Assembly: GCA_977020255.1 (NCBI GenBank)
Contig: CDROCS010000452.1
Coordinates: 62,001-126,000, forward strand
Reading direction: 5' to 3'
Source of the DNA: Obrimoposthia wandeli
Taxonomy: Eukaryota
Length of the DNA stretch: 64,000 nucleotides
The position numbers and the translations under genes were made by a program. A model generated the notes under the pieces. It had not been told where the DNA came from. It searched no databases and saw only the letters and a program-made list of their open reading frames with translations. This document shows positions 13,929 through 26,743 of the stretch, in pieces; position 1 is the first letter of the stretch; each line of letters opens with the position of its first letter.

Positions 13929-16453
13929 CTGAATGAAAATGAGATCATGTCACTTTTATATTAATTGATTAGTAAACTGCTGCAAATTATCAGATTTTAT
14001 ATTTCATATTTTTATATCTTATTTTGAAAAAAATTGTCAGTTTAAATACATTTGTATATATTGAAATTAAAAGGCATTAAAGTTTTAGAATAATAAAACA
14101 ATACATTATAATTGAAGATGTTGAAGTCTATGATAAAAGTTACAATATGCAACATGATTTATTTTTATTAAATAGGACAATAAGTTTCTAAAGCAGAATT
14201 TTAACCTGACTTAAAATATTCTAAGCAAAACATATATTACAAAATACATTTAAATTCTTTGAACAAAAATCAACACAATCGCCTAGATTTGCTGGGTACA
14301 ATTTTCCTGAATATCGGTTCTCCGTTAATCGCATGTGCACTAATTCCTTAAACTGTCAGAGGACAAAGTCAGATAAGTAGTTTATAATGGCCGTGATATT
14401 CAAAAAATTCTAAAAATATGTAAATTTTAAACCAAATTTGGCAAGTTAAAAAGTGCCATGCACATCATTTGAACATTTAGCTCAAACACATCTGGGGAAC
14501 TATGGAGATCCAATAAATGAGAGCCTTATCAGTAAATTGTTGAATGGGATGAAATATGAACCTCAAACTTTACTTTCTGTATTCTCAATTGGATTTTTAC
14601 AGAGAATTTAGGAGCATTATTTAAAAACATGAAATACAAGGGCGATAAACTAGAATAATATGGCTAATTAATACTGGGATTTAAAAGGTTGTTGCCCAAT
14701 AAAATTACAACATACTATCTAAAAGGTAATCTTTACTAATACGTTTGTATATTTCTTAATATATTGTTTTGTATAAATAGTTTGTGTACACATTGCAAGA
14801 AAAATAAATTTGATAAAGAATTTTTTAGAGTGTATTTTTTCGAATTAGCATGAAATAAGTTAAAAACTAAAATTTTTATAAAAACCACAGAACAAAAAGT
14901 TATTTTGTTATCTAATGTTACTAATGCATAATTGAAAGAAAAACATTAAATAATAATATATTAATTCAAATTTTAACTATTTACCAAAATGTCATTTTTA
15001 AAGTTAAAATGGAAATTTAAAATTAATGCATGTGATTTAAAATAAATATTTTACTTTAAGTTTTGATTGACTTCATTTTACTTTTACTGGTCAAAATGTC
15101 AATAGTAAGCATGAAAAAGTTAGACAAAATGGACCATCCATTTAAAACATAAAATATTTTCATATTTTCTCAGGTAATTTATTTTATTATTATAAGATTT
15201 TTATACTTTTGAAAACGTTATATTGTTTGAAGGGATGATTATTATTAAATTCAGATATTCACATATACTGAATTCTGTTTTATGTGGTTATAGATGTTGA
15301 TAATTTCCTATTTTTATTTTAAAACACAAATCATATTACGTAATAGTACATTTAAATTACTAAGAACGAAGCAAGCTTAAAAAATATTCAATAATAAAAA
15401 AAATATTTTCCTCTAATTTTTTTGTTAAAAATTCTACTTGCCCAATGTTCAAAGATAAAAAACTTTAAACAGAAAAAATGGCATTTTTCATTAGAAACAA
15501 TAATTTTAGATCGCTTACTTCAACTCTTGGTAAACACTTCGGTTGAGGCGTATCTACTATAAGGGCCATAAAAACGAAACTGTTATAAGAAAATAGGGTA
15601 TTTATACTACAATACTGTGTTGAAGGATACTGTTGAATACTGTTCTTGAGAGATACTTTAAAATAAAAAGCACTCGAAATTTGGATCGAAGAATTTACTC
15701 AGAAAAGAGTTTCAATTTTAAAATGTATAAGCAACTCGGGGAATTGGAGCCCTCTAGTTCTTCAGGTTAGAATAATGATTCAGACATTTTGTGCTAGCAC
15801 GTTATGACTCACTGATTTTCTAAAGATATGCATTCCATAACCTAAAGAGAAAAAAAGTGAGATCGCATCAGCAGATGAAATACTTATTTTTTTACCATTT
15901 TTTTTCTATTTTAATTTATTGTTTAGATTTTGTGTGATTTTTGGTATGTTAATCAATTTCTGACAGTGTGCCACTAACTTATGAAATTGACTGTAGAACG
16001 GTTCTTTAATTTTCATAAAGAAAAACCATATCTATGCGTTTTTATGAGAGTTTCTATGGATTGCTTTTACCGCCTATGAACAGAATCCGGTGTACATACC
16101 ACATACAGGTCATACAATATAAGTGGTTCAATTTACGTTGCTTGACCAATATGCCCAAAATTATCTAAATTACAATTAAAATTTTATCAAAACAACATTG
16201 ATCATTTTTAAAAATTTAAATGTCTACTAAATTTTAGGTTTTGATTGTAACATATTTTGTATTAATATTTTTAGAAGCGGTGAAAATGAGAATCTTAGTA
16301 AAAATTCAAATTGCAACAATATAATTTCATTTAATTTTCTGAATCAAACATACATATTAATGGAAACAAAAAAGAAACAGAGAAAGAAGTGAATCTGAAT
16401 TGAGATTCGGTATAAAATTTCTGATCTAATTTTGTAATCATAGTGAATCTCAC

Positions 16454-16649
16454 CGGAAGATAAAAGCCGTTCATAATGAACTCGAGGTCCAGAATCATTA
16501 TGAAGACACCGAATAGAGCAAAAATGATAGAGTAATCCGTTAATCTCTTTCGCCGCTCAAATAACTCCTTTCTTTTGCCGAGACGGTAACCTACATTCCG
16601 GCTCATGGAAGATGATCCACCTTGATTCTTGTTATTGTAAGCATCACGT
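16454..16649 (-). CDS. KCNN: SK/KCNN channel exon (HA helix and S1)
   Basis: RDAYNNKNQGGSSSMSRNVGYRLGKRKELFERRKRLTDYSIIFALFGVFIMILDLEFIMNGFYLP contains the SK signature NVGYRLG.RK.LFE.RKRL.DY. Donor CCG|gtgaga. Acceptor catgcag|A (phase 2) chosen to fit the 50290 donor; an alternative acceptor lies at 16665. Confidence 0.92.
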
Positions 16650-16679
16650 CTGCATGGAGAAATTTCTGTTGAGAAGAGT

Positions 16680-16975
16680 ATGAGGATGAGAATGATGATG
16701 AGAATGAGAATGTAGATGAGGATGAGAATGTATATAAGGATGAGGATGAGAATGTAGACGAGGATGAGAATGAAGATGAGGATGAGGATGAGAATGTAGA
16801 CGATGATGAGAATGAAGATGATGATGAGGATGAGAATGAAGATGAGGATGAGGATGAGAATGAGAATGTAGACAAGGATGAGAATGTAGACAAGGATGAG
16901 GATGAGAATGATGATGAGAATGAGAATGTAGATAAGGATCAGAATGTAGATGAGATGAGGATGAAGATTAATTTA
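16680..16975. repeat. Complex GATGAG/GAGAAT microsatellite punctuated by AATGTAGAY
   Basis: About 300 bp of imperfect 3- and 6-mer repeats, directly visible. Confidence 0.95.
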
Positions 16976-19900
16976 AATATGAGTGAGGTGATTGTCTGTT
17001 TTGAGCTTGGTTCAATGAGAAATTAGGGAAATTATCAATATTCTTTATGGCGGATTATGCAGAGTTCAATTTAGAAATTCAATATCAGTAAAATCATTGA
17101 AATTAACACTGTTTCGACTAATCTGCGTAGATCAAAATTTTCTTTCAGACGATATAATTCTAAGACATTTACAACATTTTGTCAAGAAACATATTTACTT
17201 CTGTGACTCTCGTGATTTATTATGTGAGGATTTCTACAATTTACAGCATGTAGTCAAAAGAGTGAAATTATAAAAAATATACAAAAACCTTTCGAATTTT
17301 ATATTTTCATTGAATTTGTTTTTGTAAAATAAATACTGGTTGATTACTTGAAATACATATTTTTAGAATGAATACCATTTTTATAATTAAATATAAAGTT
17401 TGGTTTAAGGCACACTTTATGATTTTGTCTACTAAAATAAACTATATTTTAATATTGCCGGTTCACATTACTTCTAAAATTGTATTAAATATCATTTTTC
17501 AAATATTCAATTTTATTTTAACACTTTCCTTTCATCAGCGTTTCTTTAGCTACGTAATAATTATGTTACATATACTGGAATTGATTCTATAGATTGAACA
17601 AATAAGTGCCACCAGCAAATTATTATTATCATATGTCCTGAGGCTACTAAATGAGGTGTACCAAGAACTAATAATGCCGCCTTAGGACGGGCTCATATCT
17701 TTAACCGATGTTTGAAATCCAATCATACGCCTCTGAATGTTCTGTATACTTTGTAAAGAAGAAATGTTTCAATTGATTGATCCTTGAACTGCGTATTACG
17801 AAGCAATTCTCATGTATATCGGAAAGTATATCGAACAAATAGCGTAACAAGTAGAAGATAGAAAACAGTACACTAGGAATATCGCAATAATTTGGAGTTT
17901 CTGATCAGCATTGCTTCTCACTTTAATCTTCAAGTTTGATTTCAATTCATGTCTCAATAAATATTTTCATTTTTATATATTTTGTCAAATACATATATAT
18001 GTATTAATTTCCATTATTTCCCTTTATTGTTCTAAAATCTTAAAACAAACTTTATAAGTTCAAAGCGAAAGAATAATAATAGTACTAACAAGGGATCATG
18101 ATGTAGATGATAATGATAAATAGTAACGATTTAAATGTTATTCGACAAACAATTATAAAGAATTGTTTTCCTATATCAGTTTATTAATGTAAAAATTTAG
18201 AAAACAAGATTTCAATTTAATTTATAATATAAAAGTGAATACTGAACATTTTAGAGTAGTTAAGAAATAATTAAAATAATGCAGGTTTCTAGTAAATGCA
18301 TATCATTATTTTTAAGTAATTTATAATTTAAATACAAAACATATTTAATTCTGTTAAAAATATTAAGTATTGTAAATAAAGAAAAGTATTTCCATTCTAA
18401 ATATTCTCAGTTTTTTTATTTAAAATGTGAATCCATCTTGTATTTAATTTTTTATTGATAATCCATACATTTATAATTAAATATGATAAAGACTACATTT
18501 AAACAACACTTTATTGATTAAGAGGAAAACATTGTGAGAATATTCTTTATCTATAAAATCAATATCAATGTATCTGAGCGTTATCATTATATGGACAAAT
18601 GTTTAGAAAACGATTAAAATCAGAGTTGAAACTGACAGTTTTCTGAATATTTGAAAAAATAAAACAACAGGTTTCAATTAAAAAAATATTTTACAACATG
18701 CATTCGTCAACAATACGTAGTCCTTATAAACAATATTTATTCGATTAGCTATATTTTTAAATTCGTGAAAATGATTTGTAATTTCTGTCAAATGTTGAAA
18801 AAGTAAACTTAAGTTATACAATAATATATTACTCATAAAAAAGTAGTAGATTATACATAAGTAATATTTTTCAGAAATTTATCATACGGTCCAGATGATT
18901 ACAATGTCTCAAATTTACATTTATAAGATTATGTCTACACTAATTTGATGAATATTTTATGGGTCCTAATAAATCCTCAATAATCCTAAAAAGTATAGTT
19001 TTATAAAAAGTATTGTTTATAAACCAAAATGAAGTTCTGTAGATACACCTATGTCCAAATGAATAACAACATATTTAATAACTTCACACATATCATGAAA
19101 AATAAAATAAATGCCTTTATGATAATTTTTAACGAAAATAAACAGTCGGAAACTAAAAGCAGAACCAGAAATGTTTTCTTCGAGATAAATGAAAACGATT
19201 CATAAAATTTATAAGGAAAAAAGATTATTTTATAAACAAAGAAAATATTATATTTTTAAAGTAATTGGGAAATGAAATAAATCTGAAAATATCCATATAT
19301 ATTGTAAATTCAGATGTGTGAAAGAAATTTGTTTTCACAAAAATAATGACTTTCTTTGAGTATTTAATTTTCGTTTAATCGTTCTCACGTTTTTTTAACT
19401 AGCTCATTTGAGCAATTTTAGAGGTGTTTTTACAGTTTTATCTTACAGTAATTAGCTAAGTACAGAGGATTGCTGTATGAAACACGAACTTGTCAGGAAC
19501 CATCCTTAGGTCTAACAAAGCTTAACTAATAAAATACAAGAAGTGCAAATGAGCTGCTAAATGTGTTGTACAATTTGATGTTACTGGATTTTTACAATTT
19601 TGGTACCTTTTCATCATTAATCCATACTGTGAGATAACTGAAAGACAATATAGTTATATTTAGACACTACATTATTTTAATTAAGTTTATTTATATGATT
19701 CTACTATGTTTGCAAGAATGATTGAATGAATGTTTGACTTGCTCAATAACTGAAATTTTATATGCCCAGTCGAAGGTTAAGGACGAAAATTTAACAATAA
19801 TAATTTTTATGTTTTTTGAATATAAATTTGAAGTTGTAAAATGAAGGTATTGTCTCGAATTGAATCTAACATGGTAACCATGCTACTTCAATCCATCAAG

Positions 19901-19999
19901 TCACCAGAGCAGTATCAAATTGAAGACAAATTGAACATTTAATTTAAAAAATCCAGACATAAAGATGTTATTTTTTTGGTACTTGCATTTTTATTCACA

Positions 20000-20620
20000 G
20001 AAGCAGCAATACAGTGAAACCTAAGAAGACGATCCAAAAATATATTTTTCAAGTTATTAAGGTAAAAACAATGTTAGAACAAGATTTACCAAATGCAGTG
20101 GAATTTAGGAAGACAGGTTGATTGAAAATGTGTTTGAACATAAATTAGAGAAAGAAAGCTTTGAGATATTTGTCATTAATAATTCAATTATAACAATGAA
20201 ATGAATGAAGAACTCGAACATCGGAATATTTAAAATAAAGAAGCTATGAAGGCTGAGTTTTCAGGATGAGAACAAATGAGGAAAGAAGCTGGAGAAGGAA
20301 ATGATATCAAGCCCAGTTATATAAATTTCAGTAGAAGAAAAATGAACATTTTTCAATAATCAAGAAAGAATAATCAAAGCGTTTCAAATCTAAATCACTG
20401 GAATGAAGAAGCGAATCAAGACGTAATAATTAGAAAGAAATTGAACATTAAACACAAATAAATCAGAAAAGCGTAAAGATGCTGGACATGTGGTGAAGAA
20501 GAACACAATCGAGATGACATTTCACTGCTTAGAGACTAGATAAAATTAAGTGTCTCACTTTCTATGAGAAACAAGCAAATCAGCTGAGTTTTCAATTCAA
20601 ATAAATCTGTCGAAAAATAT
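20000..20620 (+). mobile_element. Degenerate LTR-retrotransposon gag remnant
   Basis: RCWTCGEEEHNRDD at about 20477-20518 is a decayed CX2CX4HX4C knuckle, in an A-rich coding-like context. Confidence 0.45.
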
Positions 20621-21539
20621 CACAAAGATCAGCGAATCAATGGAAAATCAACATTTTGATGAAATAGACAAACTTCCATTGACTTTCTGTTTCTTTTCCA
20701 ATTACAAATCCAATCAATTTTAAACTTTATTCCAATCTTACACCGGTATATTCATCCATGTCTTCGAGTTTGGCTTTCTTCCACAAGATTATGTTGGTCT
20801 TTTGTATATGCTCAGTAGATCTTTGACAGCCAAATAAATACGCACCCTAGGAATATGCCGATAAAACAACGTGATTACATAATAGTTTAACTAAGAGTTC
20901 ATGGGCCTACAACCATCTTGATTCCACTCGTCTCTGGAGTCTGTTGTCAGGAGCACTGTCAAATATATGAGAACTTCGACGTTCTCTGTGAACACAAAAT
21001 TCAGATATAACACTAATATCCCTGATTTTGTCCCAAACACACAAATGCGAAAATTATCATCCATCTACCGAAGCTTTGCTAAACTCATACCGTATGTCAT
21101 GTTACTCATTATCGCTGAATAATTGATCAATAAAAAATGACACAAAAAACTCTGATAACGAATAAAATATAAATGAAATTGTGTAAAATTTTGAAAATAA
21201 TAGAAAAAGACCTTTTGCATACCAAGTGTTGTAGAGTTTGTAATGTGAATAAAAATCTATTAAAACTGAACATAATTATTATTTAATATTTTATTTTACT
21301 TCTTTTTTTCTTTTTAAATACTGGAATCATACACCTACACGGGTAATTTTCAAATAATGCATTACAATTAATTGCAATTAAAAACCTTGACTCATTTTAA
21401 TTGAAGCTTTTCATCACCATTCAATCAACACATAATCATACATCATATTTATATATCAGTTTTAAATTTAATATTCTAAATAATTATTTTAAAAAACCAG
21501 TGTTATATTTATCTTATTTGACGCTTTCAACTTACATAT

Positions 21540-21846
21540 TGTGACATTCACAGTGTGGGGGCTTCAAATTATCAACTTTGTTTAACTTCGGCAAATCGAT
21601 CGCCAGTCATGCATTAGGAGCCGAAAGACTAATCAAACGTTCTGGCAGCTGGGTTATTCCGAGGTTTCCCTGAGAATAGAGTAGTTATATCTAGGAAAGT
21701 GAATGATTAGAAGAGCTGGAGATGAAACATTCTCAACTTATTATCAAACTTTAAGTGGCTACAATATATCGCTTTCTTCATTGAAGTTGCACGATTAAAT
21801 ATGAATAATTAGTAGGTCATATTAGTAAACAGAACTGGTGACGAGG
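21540..21846 (+). mobile_element. Possible LTR (TG...CA) followed by a primer-binding-site-like motif
   Basis: TGTGAC at 21540 to AAACA at 21831, then gaac-TGGTGACGAGG. No second LTR copy seen. Confidence 0.3.
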
Positions 21847-24800
21847 AAATAACTTGAATGATGAGAACTGGTGAAAATTATGAAAATGGTGAAACGAAAG
21901 AATCACCGAAGGCGATTTTTTTGTGAACAAACTTAAAAAGTTCAGTTTTGGTCTAAAATTTGTTATAAATTGTAGTTTTAGACTATTATTTGGGTGCTGA
22001 ATAATTCAAGAGCAAAACGGAACCATCACAAACTGTGGCGCATATCATATATTTTTTAGAATCAAAAACGGGCCACCATTGTACAGACTTTCTTTTGCTG
22101 GGATCAGAGTTATTTCACTTCTTAAGGAAGCTTCTGGTGTGTGAGTTCTTGAGAGTATTAGGACTTGTGTGGAAGGCCTATCCTGAATAGTCTCAAATAT
22201 TCTGAAGGTTACTCGTTTTATGTTATTGTAGTGATGAAATATTATCTCTAGTTGCCACAATCTCATTATTATTAAATATGTCCTCGAAAATTAACAATGA
22301 ATCGTCTTCTTCTTAAGGATACAGACTTTATATTATTAAAATTAAACAATTATCCTAAATACACAAACTATCTGTTAATACGGTAAGTACAGCAATGGTT
22401 TAAATTCACAGTATACAAATGTATTGTGGGATTGAGTCATATTCCTCCTGTGGATTAAGTTTAGTTATAAGAGGCTTTGACCAGTACGGGTAGCTTTCAT
22501 TTTATATTTTTTTAACTAAAAAACAAGAGATGGATGCAGGTCAATAGTAATTACAATTTATTTATGATTTTACAAAATAAATTTCCTTATGATAGCCTCC
22601 CGTGGAGTTGGTATTTTGTGTTTTCTTGTAGAGAGAATTCTTCTTATATATACATTTATTTGTGATTCCTGGTTTGCCGACGACAGTCGTTCAGCAATGT
22701 TCTCTTCTCCTCTGGTGTGTCTTCTCAATATTCGTTCGATGTTCTTTCAATCATGGCAACCTGATGATTATGAATAATTACCATTACCATCTAATTAATT
22801 TTAAATTAGTGTTAGTAATTTGTTTTTCCCCTTTTAATTTAATGCCCTTAAAATGTTATTGGCCAGGATTATAAATAAAGACAAGTATTTTAATAAAATC
22901 GTCGATTTTTGAATCTTAACACTTTTACTATTCGATCAAAATATTCTACGGAATGCAAATTTGGATAACTTTATAATACCACCCAAACCATCACAATGAA
23001 CTATATTGCAGACATATAACTAGGCAATTTCAAACTCGGAAGCTAGGTTTCAGAGGTTAAAAACATTTTCAAACCAGATATAGCATTCATCAGCTGCTTC
23101 CTCTCTTTCGATGGGATCTGAATCGCAAGTTGGTTGGGACTGGATGGTTCCTGTTTATTTGTACTTCTTTACGACATTCTAAACTGTTGGAGAACTGAAT
23201 CACTCATTCATTAAATGTCCTGTAATTGAAGATTTGTTTTATTCCGAATATCTCTAGTAGAACTTGATTATCAAATCACTGATCTGATTCTCTGAATAAA
23301 TTAACATCCTAAACAATAATTAGAATAAAATTTGGATAATTCTTTTTAATTCACGAGGACTTTTTCATACAAAAAATGCAGAGTTTAGGTTTTTTGAAAT
23401 CAAGTAATTTTACAAAATTTTACATTCATCATTTTTTAAAATAACGTTGCTTGTAATGGATTAATAAATGTATCTATTTAGAAACAAATTAAAGATAATC
23501 ATAAGGCATGTGTTTAGATATTATATGTACAAAGAAAGTCGCAGGTGGGAATATCACGATGTATAAACCGAACTCGGAAACAGTATTGAGATCAAAGCGA
23601 TTATTCGATGATTTGCGTTCATGACGATTGCATTAATTAATACAGTCTGGATCGTGTCTAGGATAATTGAAATCATCATCAATCACTGTATCAAGTTAAT
23701 TATTTAATGGGACTAATAATGGATTTTTTGATAAAATTCTCTTATTAAATACGAAATTATAAACTAAAATGTATTTATTTCCATTGTATTCTTTGTGACA
23801 GAATTTAAGTCTCATCATAAAGTTTCAGTTAAAAGAAAGGTTATTTATAGTTTAATATAAATGCATTGAAACTCTATTGCGCTTAAGTCAGTATTTTATT
23901 AGAAACTGTTGTTATTCTATTTTTGGAGTCTTCTAACTAATTAATAGAAATAATATAATGATCACAACTACACATGTATTAAAGCTGCAATTTTTTTTCT
24001 TAATCAAAACATGAAAGATTCAATACGAATATTTGTTGTCTAAATCCATATATTTTTATTTCTTTCAACGATATATATATTTCCTCTGTGATATTTGAAT
24101 ACTTAACTAAAGTATAAAATAAACATACAAAAATGAATACAGGAATACCCCGATTATTGCAAATAATGCTGCTCAATTATGGCAGAAAAAACGCAATAAC
24201 TGAAACCACAATAATCGGGACCTATAACGTATGAAATATACAGTATTTGTACCGGGTTTTCGAAAATAATTTGAATTGAGAAGGAAGTAAATTAAAACGA
24301 AACATAATTTGAAACAATTATTTAATGCAGTTGTGCTTTAAAAAAGGTCATGAAACCATTAACGTTTTTTTAATATTGCTAACTTGTTTGGTTAGAATTT
24401 TTCGTCAAATATCACTTTATAACAGCTAATTGCACGGCCTATGTCTTGATGTACCTTCTTTGCACGATCAACCTCGGAATCTGCAGCATTTCTCTTTGAA
24501 TTCCTTTTGTAAAATGGGATTTCTAGAATTTGAATCAATTTGAACAAACTAATTTTCTAATTTTCAAAATTTTCATAAATACTTTAAAAATAAAATTTTG
24601 CTAATGAAAAACCGGCAACAAAAACATAAACTTCAATATTCATTAACGTTTCTTATTTAATACAAATTTAAGTTGGCTATAAAGTTATGTAATACTTTAG
24701 TGATCTATATAAACAAAAGTATTTATGGTATAAGACTTGAAATTTCCAAAACTACAGGACCAACGTGTGCATCATCTTTAATTCTTGATCATTATAAAAT

Positions 24801-24920
24801 ATAACAGTTTTGATATTTGGTATTTAATATTTTCGATCTGGAAATGAGTAACACTTTAGTTTATAGAAATTGCAAAGCTTGAAGAATTTGTAACGAATTT
24901 TGCCAACTTTAGAAAGTTGT

Positions 24921-25637
24921 TCAAACAAAATAACGGTATTCTGTAACATTATTAGTAATTTTAGATGCTGATATCCAAGTTGGGTCTGAATAACCATGCC
25001 ATTTAACATAGTATTGTTTATGTTTACCGGAACCCTGAGATTTTAATAATTTTTGAATACGGAAAACGCTAGGTTTATTTGATATTACTTTAAGTTCTTG
25101 CTCGTAAAATTTACCGCGAATGATAGTATTGTCAGCATCTTTAATAGTATACATTATTGGATTACTCCTTTGATCAATTTTACTTATACAAAATATTTAA
25201 TCGCTCCAATTCTGAGCAAAATTTTTAATAAAGGGAGTAGAGCTAATTTTCGAAATTCGAACATATTCGTTTTTCTTATATTTAGCTTTATTAATATTTT
25301 CTTTTTTATTCCTGTCTATCCAAATATCCATAGAGTTTTTATTAGTAACATCAACAGGTCTCATTCCCTTGAGACCTCTATGTTCAGAGTGATTATATGC
25401 ATGTATTATTTTAGGTAAAACTTGGATCCATTTTTTATTTCCTTCTTTTGTGAAATACTTTTTTATTCGATCTCTTAGAGTACGATTAAATCTTTCTACT
25501 ACTGCTGCTTTGTATTGTGAAAACACAGAGTAGTGATTTATATTATTTAGTTTAAATAATGATTGAACTTGCTTATTATAAAATTCTTTTCCTAAATCAG
25601 TTTGCACATTTTTAATATTGTTTATATTCGAAGCCAT
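24921..25637 (-). pseudogene. Polinton-type RVE integrase with C-terminal chromodomain, N-terminally truncated
   Basis: ORFs 25197-25637 and 24921-25154 are in the same frame, separated by one TAA (NWSD*IF). Motifs VQTDLGKEFYN, KAAVVERFNRTL, GKFYEQEL and the chromodomain YYVKWHGYSDPTWI. The first catalytic Asp region is missing. Confidence 0.92.
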
Positions 25638-25777
25638 TTAAGTTTTCTTTTACTTCGAACTACAGATTTGATTAATTTATACACTTCATTTTTCTTAATG
25701 ATTTTTTTTTATTTCTTAGGCTTTGCCTTTACATTACGTTTACGTTTTACTATCAACTTCTTAAAGGCATTGCAAAT

Positions 25778-26406
25778 TTATTTTTTATAATTGTTCTCTG
25801 TTTGTTTATAAACATTTACCACCTTAGAATTAAATATGTCTGTTAAAACACGTAAATATTCTGATCAAGCTTGTGTAAAGTCAATAAATATAACCCATGT
25901 GCTTGTTTAGCAGCATCATGGAATGAATCAACTAGAAAGTTCTTATTTTGGGGAAATACCTTTCAGGCTACGAAATCTACAACTGTTTGATGTCAAGGAT
26001 TTTTAAATAAAACTAAGAAATGTACATTAAGATCTCTTGTTCTATGATGACCTCTTTAGTGAAAAGAATTTTGAGTGATAAATATAACTGTTACTTCACG
26101 ATGTCTTGTAAAGTCCGATTCCTTGTTAGCTTTCTGATACAAATCATCAATTATTATTACATCTTCTTTTATCAATCTTTTTGCACCAATTTGCATCAAA
26201 TCCTTCAATAACTTTTATTCCCTTCAACTTGCAAACTTATGTTTGGGTTAATCCACTTTCCCCTCCTCCACCATGATGCCAATAAATATATGTTTTAAAC
26301 TAAAATTGAAATGAGATTCATTTTGCATCAATTAACATACGAAATGTGTCTTTCCACTTCCCCTGGGACTAACTATTTGAAATACAGCATTATTATATAG
26401 CTCCAT
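25778..26406 (-). pseudogene. Polinton A32/FtsK-like DNA packaging ATPase
   Basis: Manual translation across frameshifts gives Walker A IVSPRGSGKTHF, Walker B DVIIIDDLYQ, then TRHREVTVIFITQNSF, RTRDLNVHFLVLFKNP*H and DAAKQAHG/YIFIDFTQ, the typical motif order of this family. Several stops and frameshifts. Confidence 0.9.
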
Positions 26407-26442
26407 TTCATATACTCTTTCATTTTATTATTGTTTATATTA

Positions 26443-26743
26443 TCATAGAAGTTTCTTTATTGAAAGGTATACTGTCAGAGCTACTGTAGATGAAATACAA
26501 AAATTAATTAATGAATATTTGGCTAAAATTTTATTTATTTGTGTTCGATTTATAAAATCTTAAATAACATGTGATCTAACCAATATTTCAAATATTATCT
26601 CTTACTGTATCATTATTTTTTAATTTTGATACAATTTGTTTAACATTAATTTTTCCAAAAAAAATTTTGTCGAGAAGACGATCGACTTCATTGTCTGTAT
26701 TTATAGTATTACTAATTTGAAACAATAGTTTAAACGGATTTGT
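26443..26743 (-). pseudogene. Small Polinton ORF with hydrophobic C-terminal tail
   Basis: NPFKLLFQISNTINTDNEVDRLLDKIFFGKINVKQIVSKLKNNDTVRDNI/KYWLDHMLF/INRTQINKILAKYSLINFCISSTVALTVYLSIKKLL*, reconstructed with two frameshifts. Confidence 0.5.

Noticed and set aside
16603-16893. Poly-Ser ORF, and the acidic EDEN reading on the plus strand
   Set aside because: These are translations of the microsatellite, out of frame with the SK exon and located upstream of its acceptor.
24550-24700. Terminal inverted repeat pairing with 28480-28620
   Set aside because: The reverse complement of the right-edge repeats does not match the left flank, and no AG/AGT-type terminus was seen.
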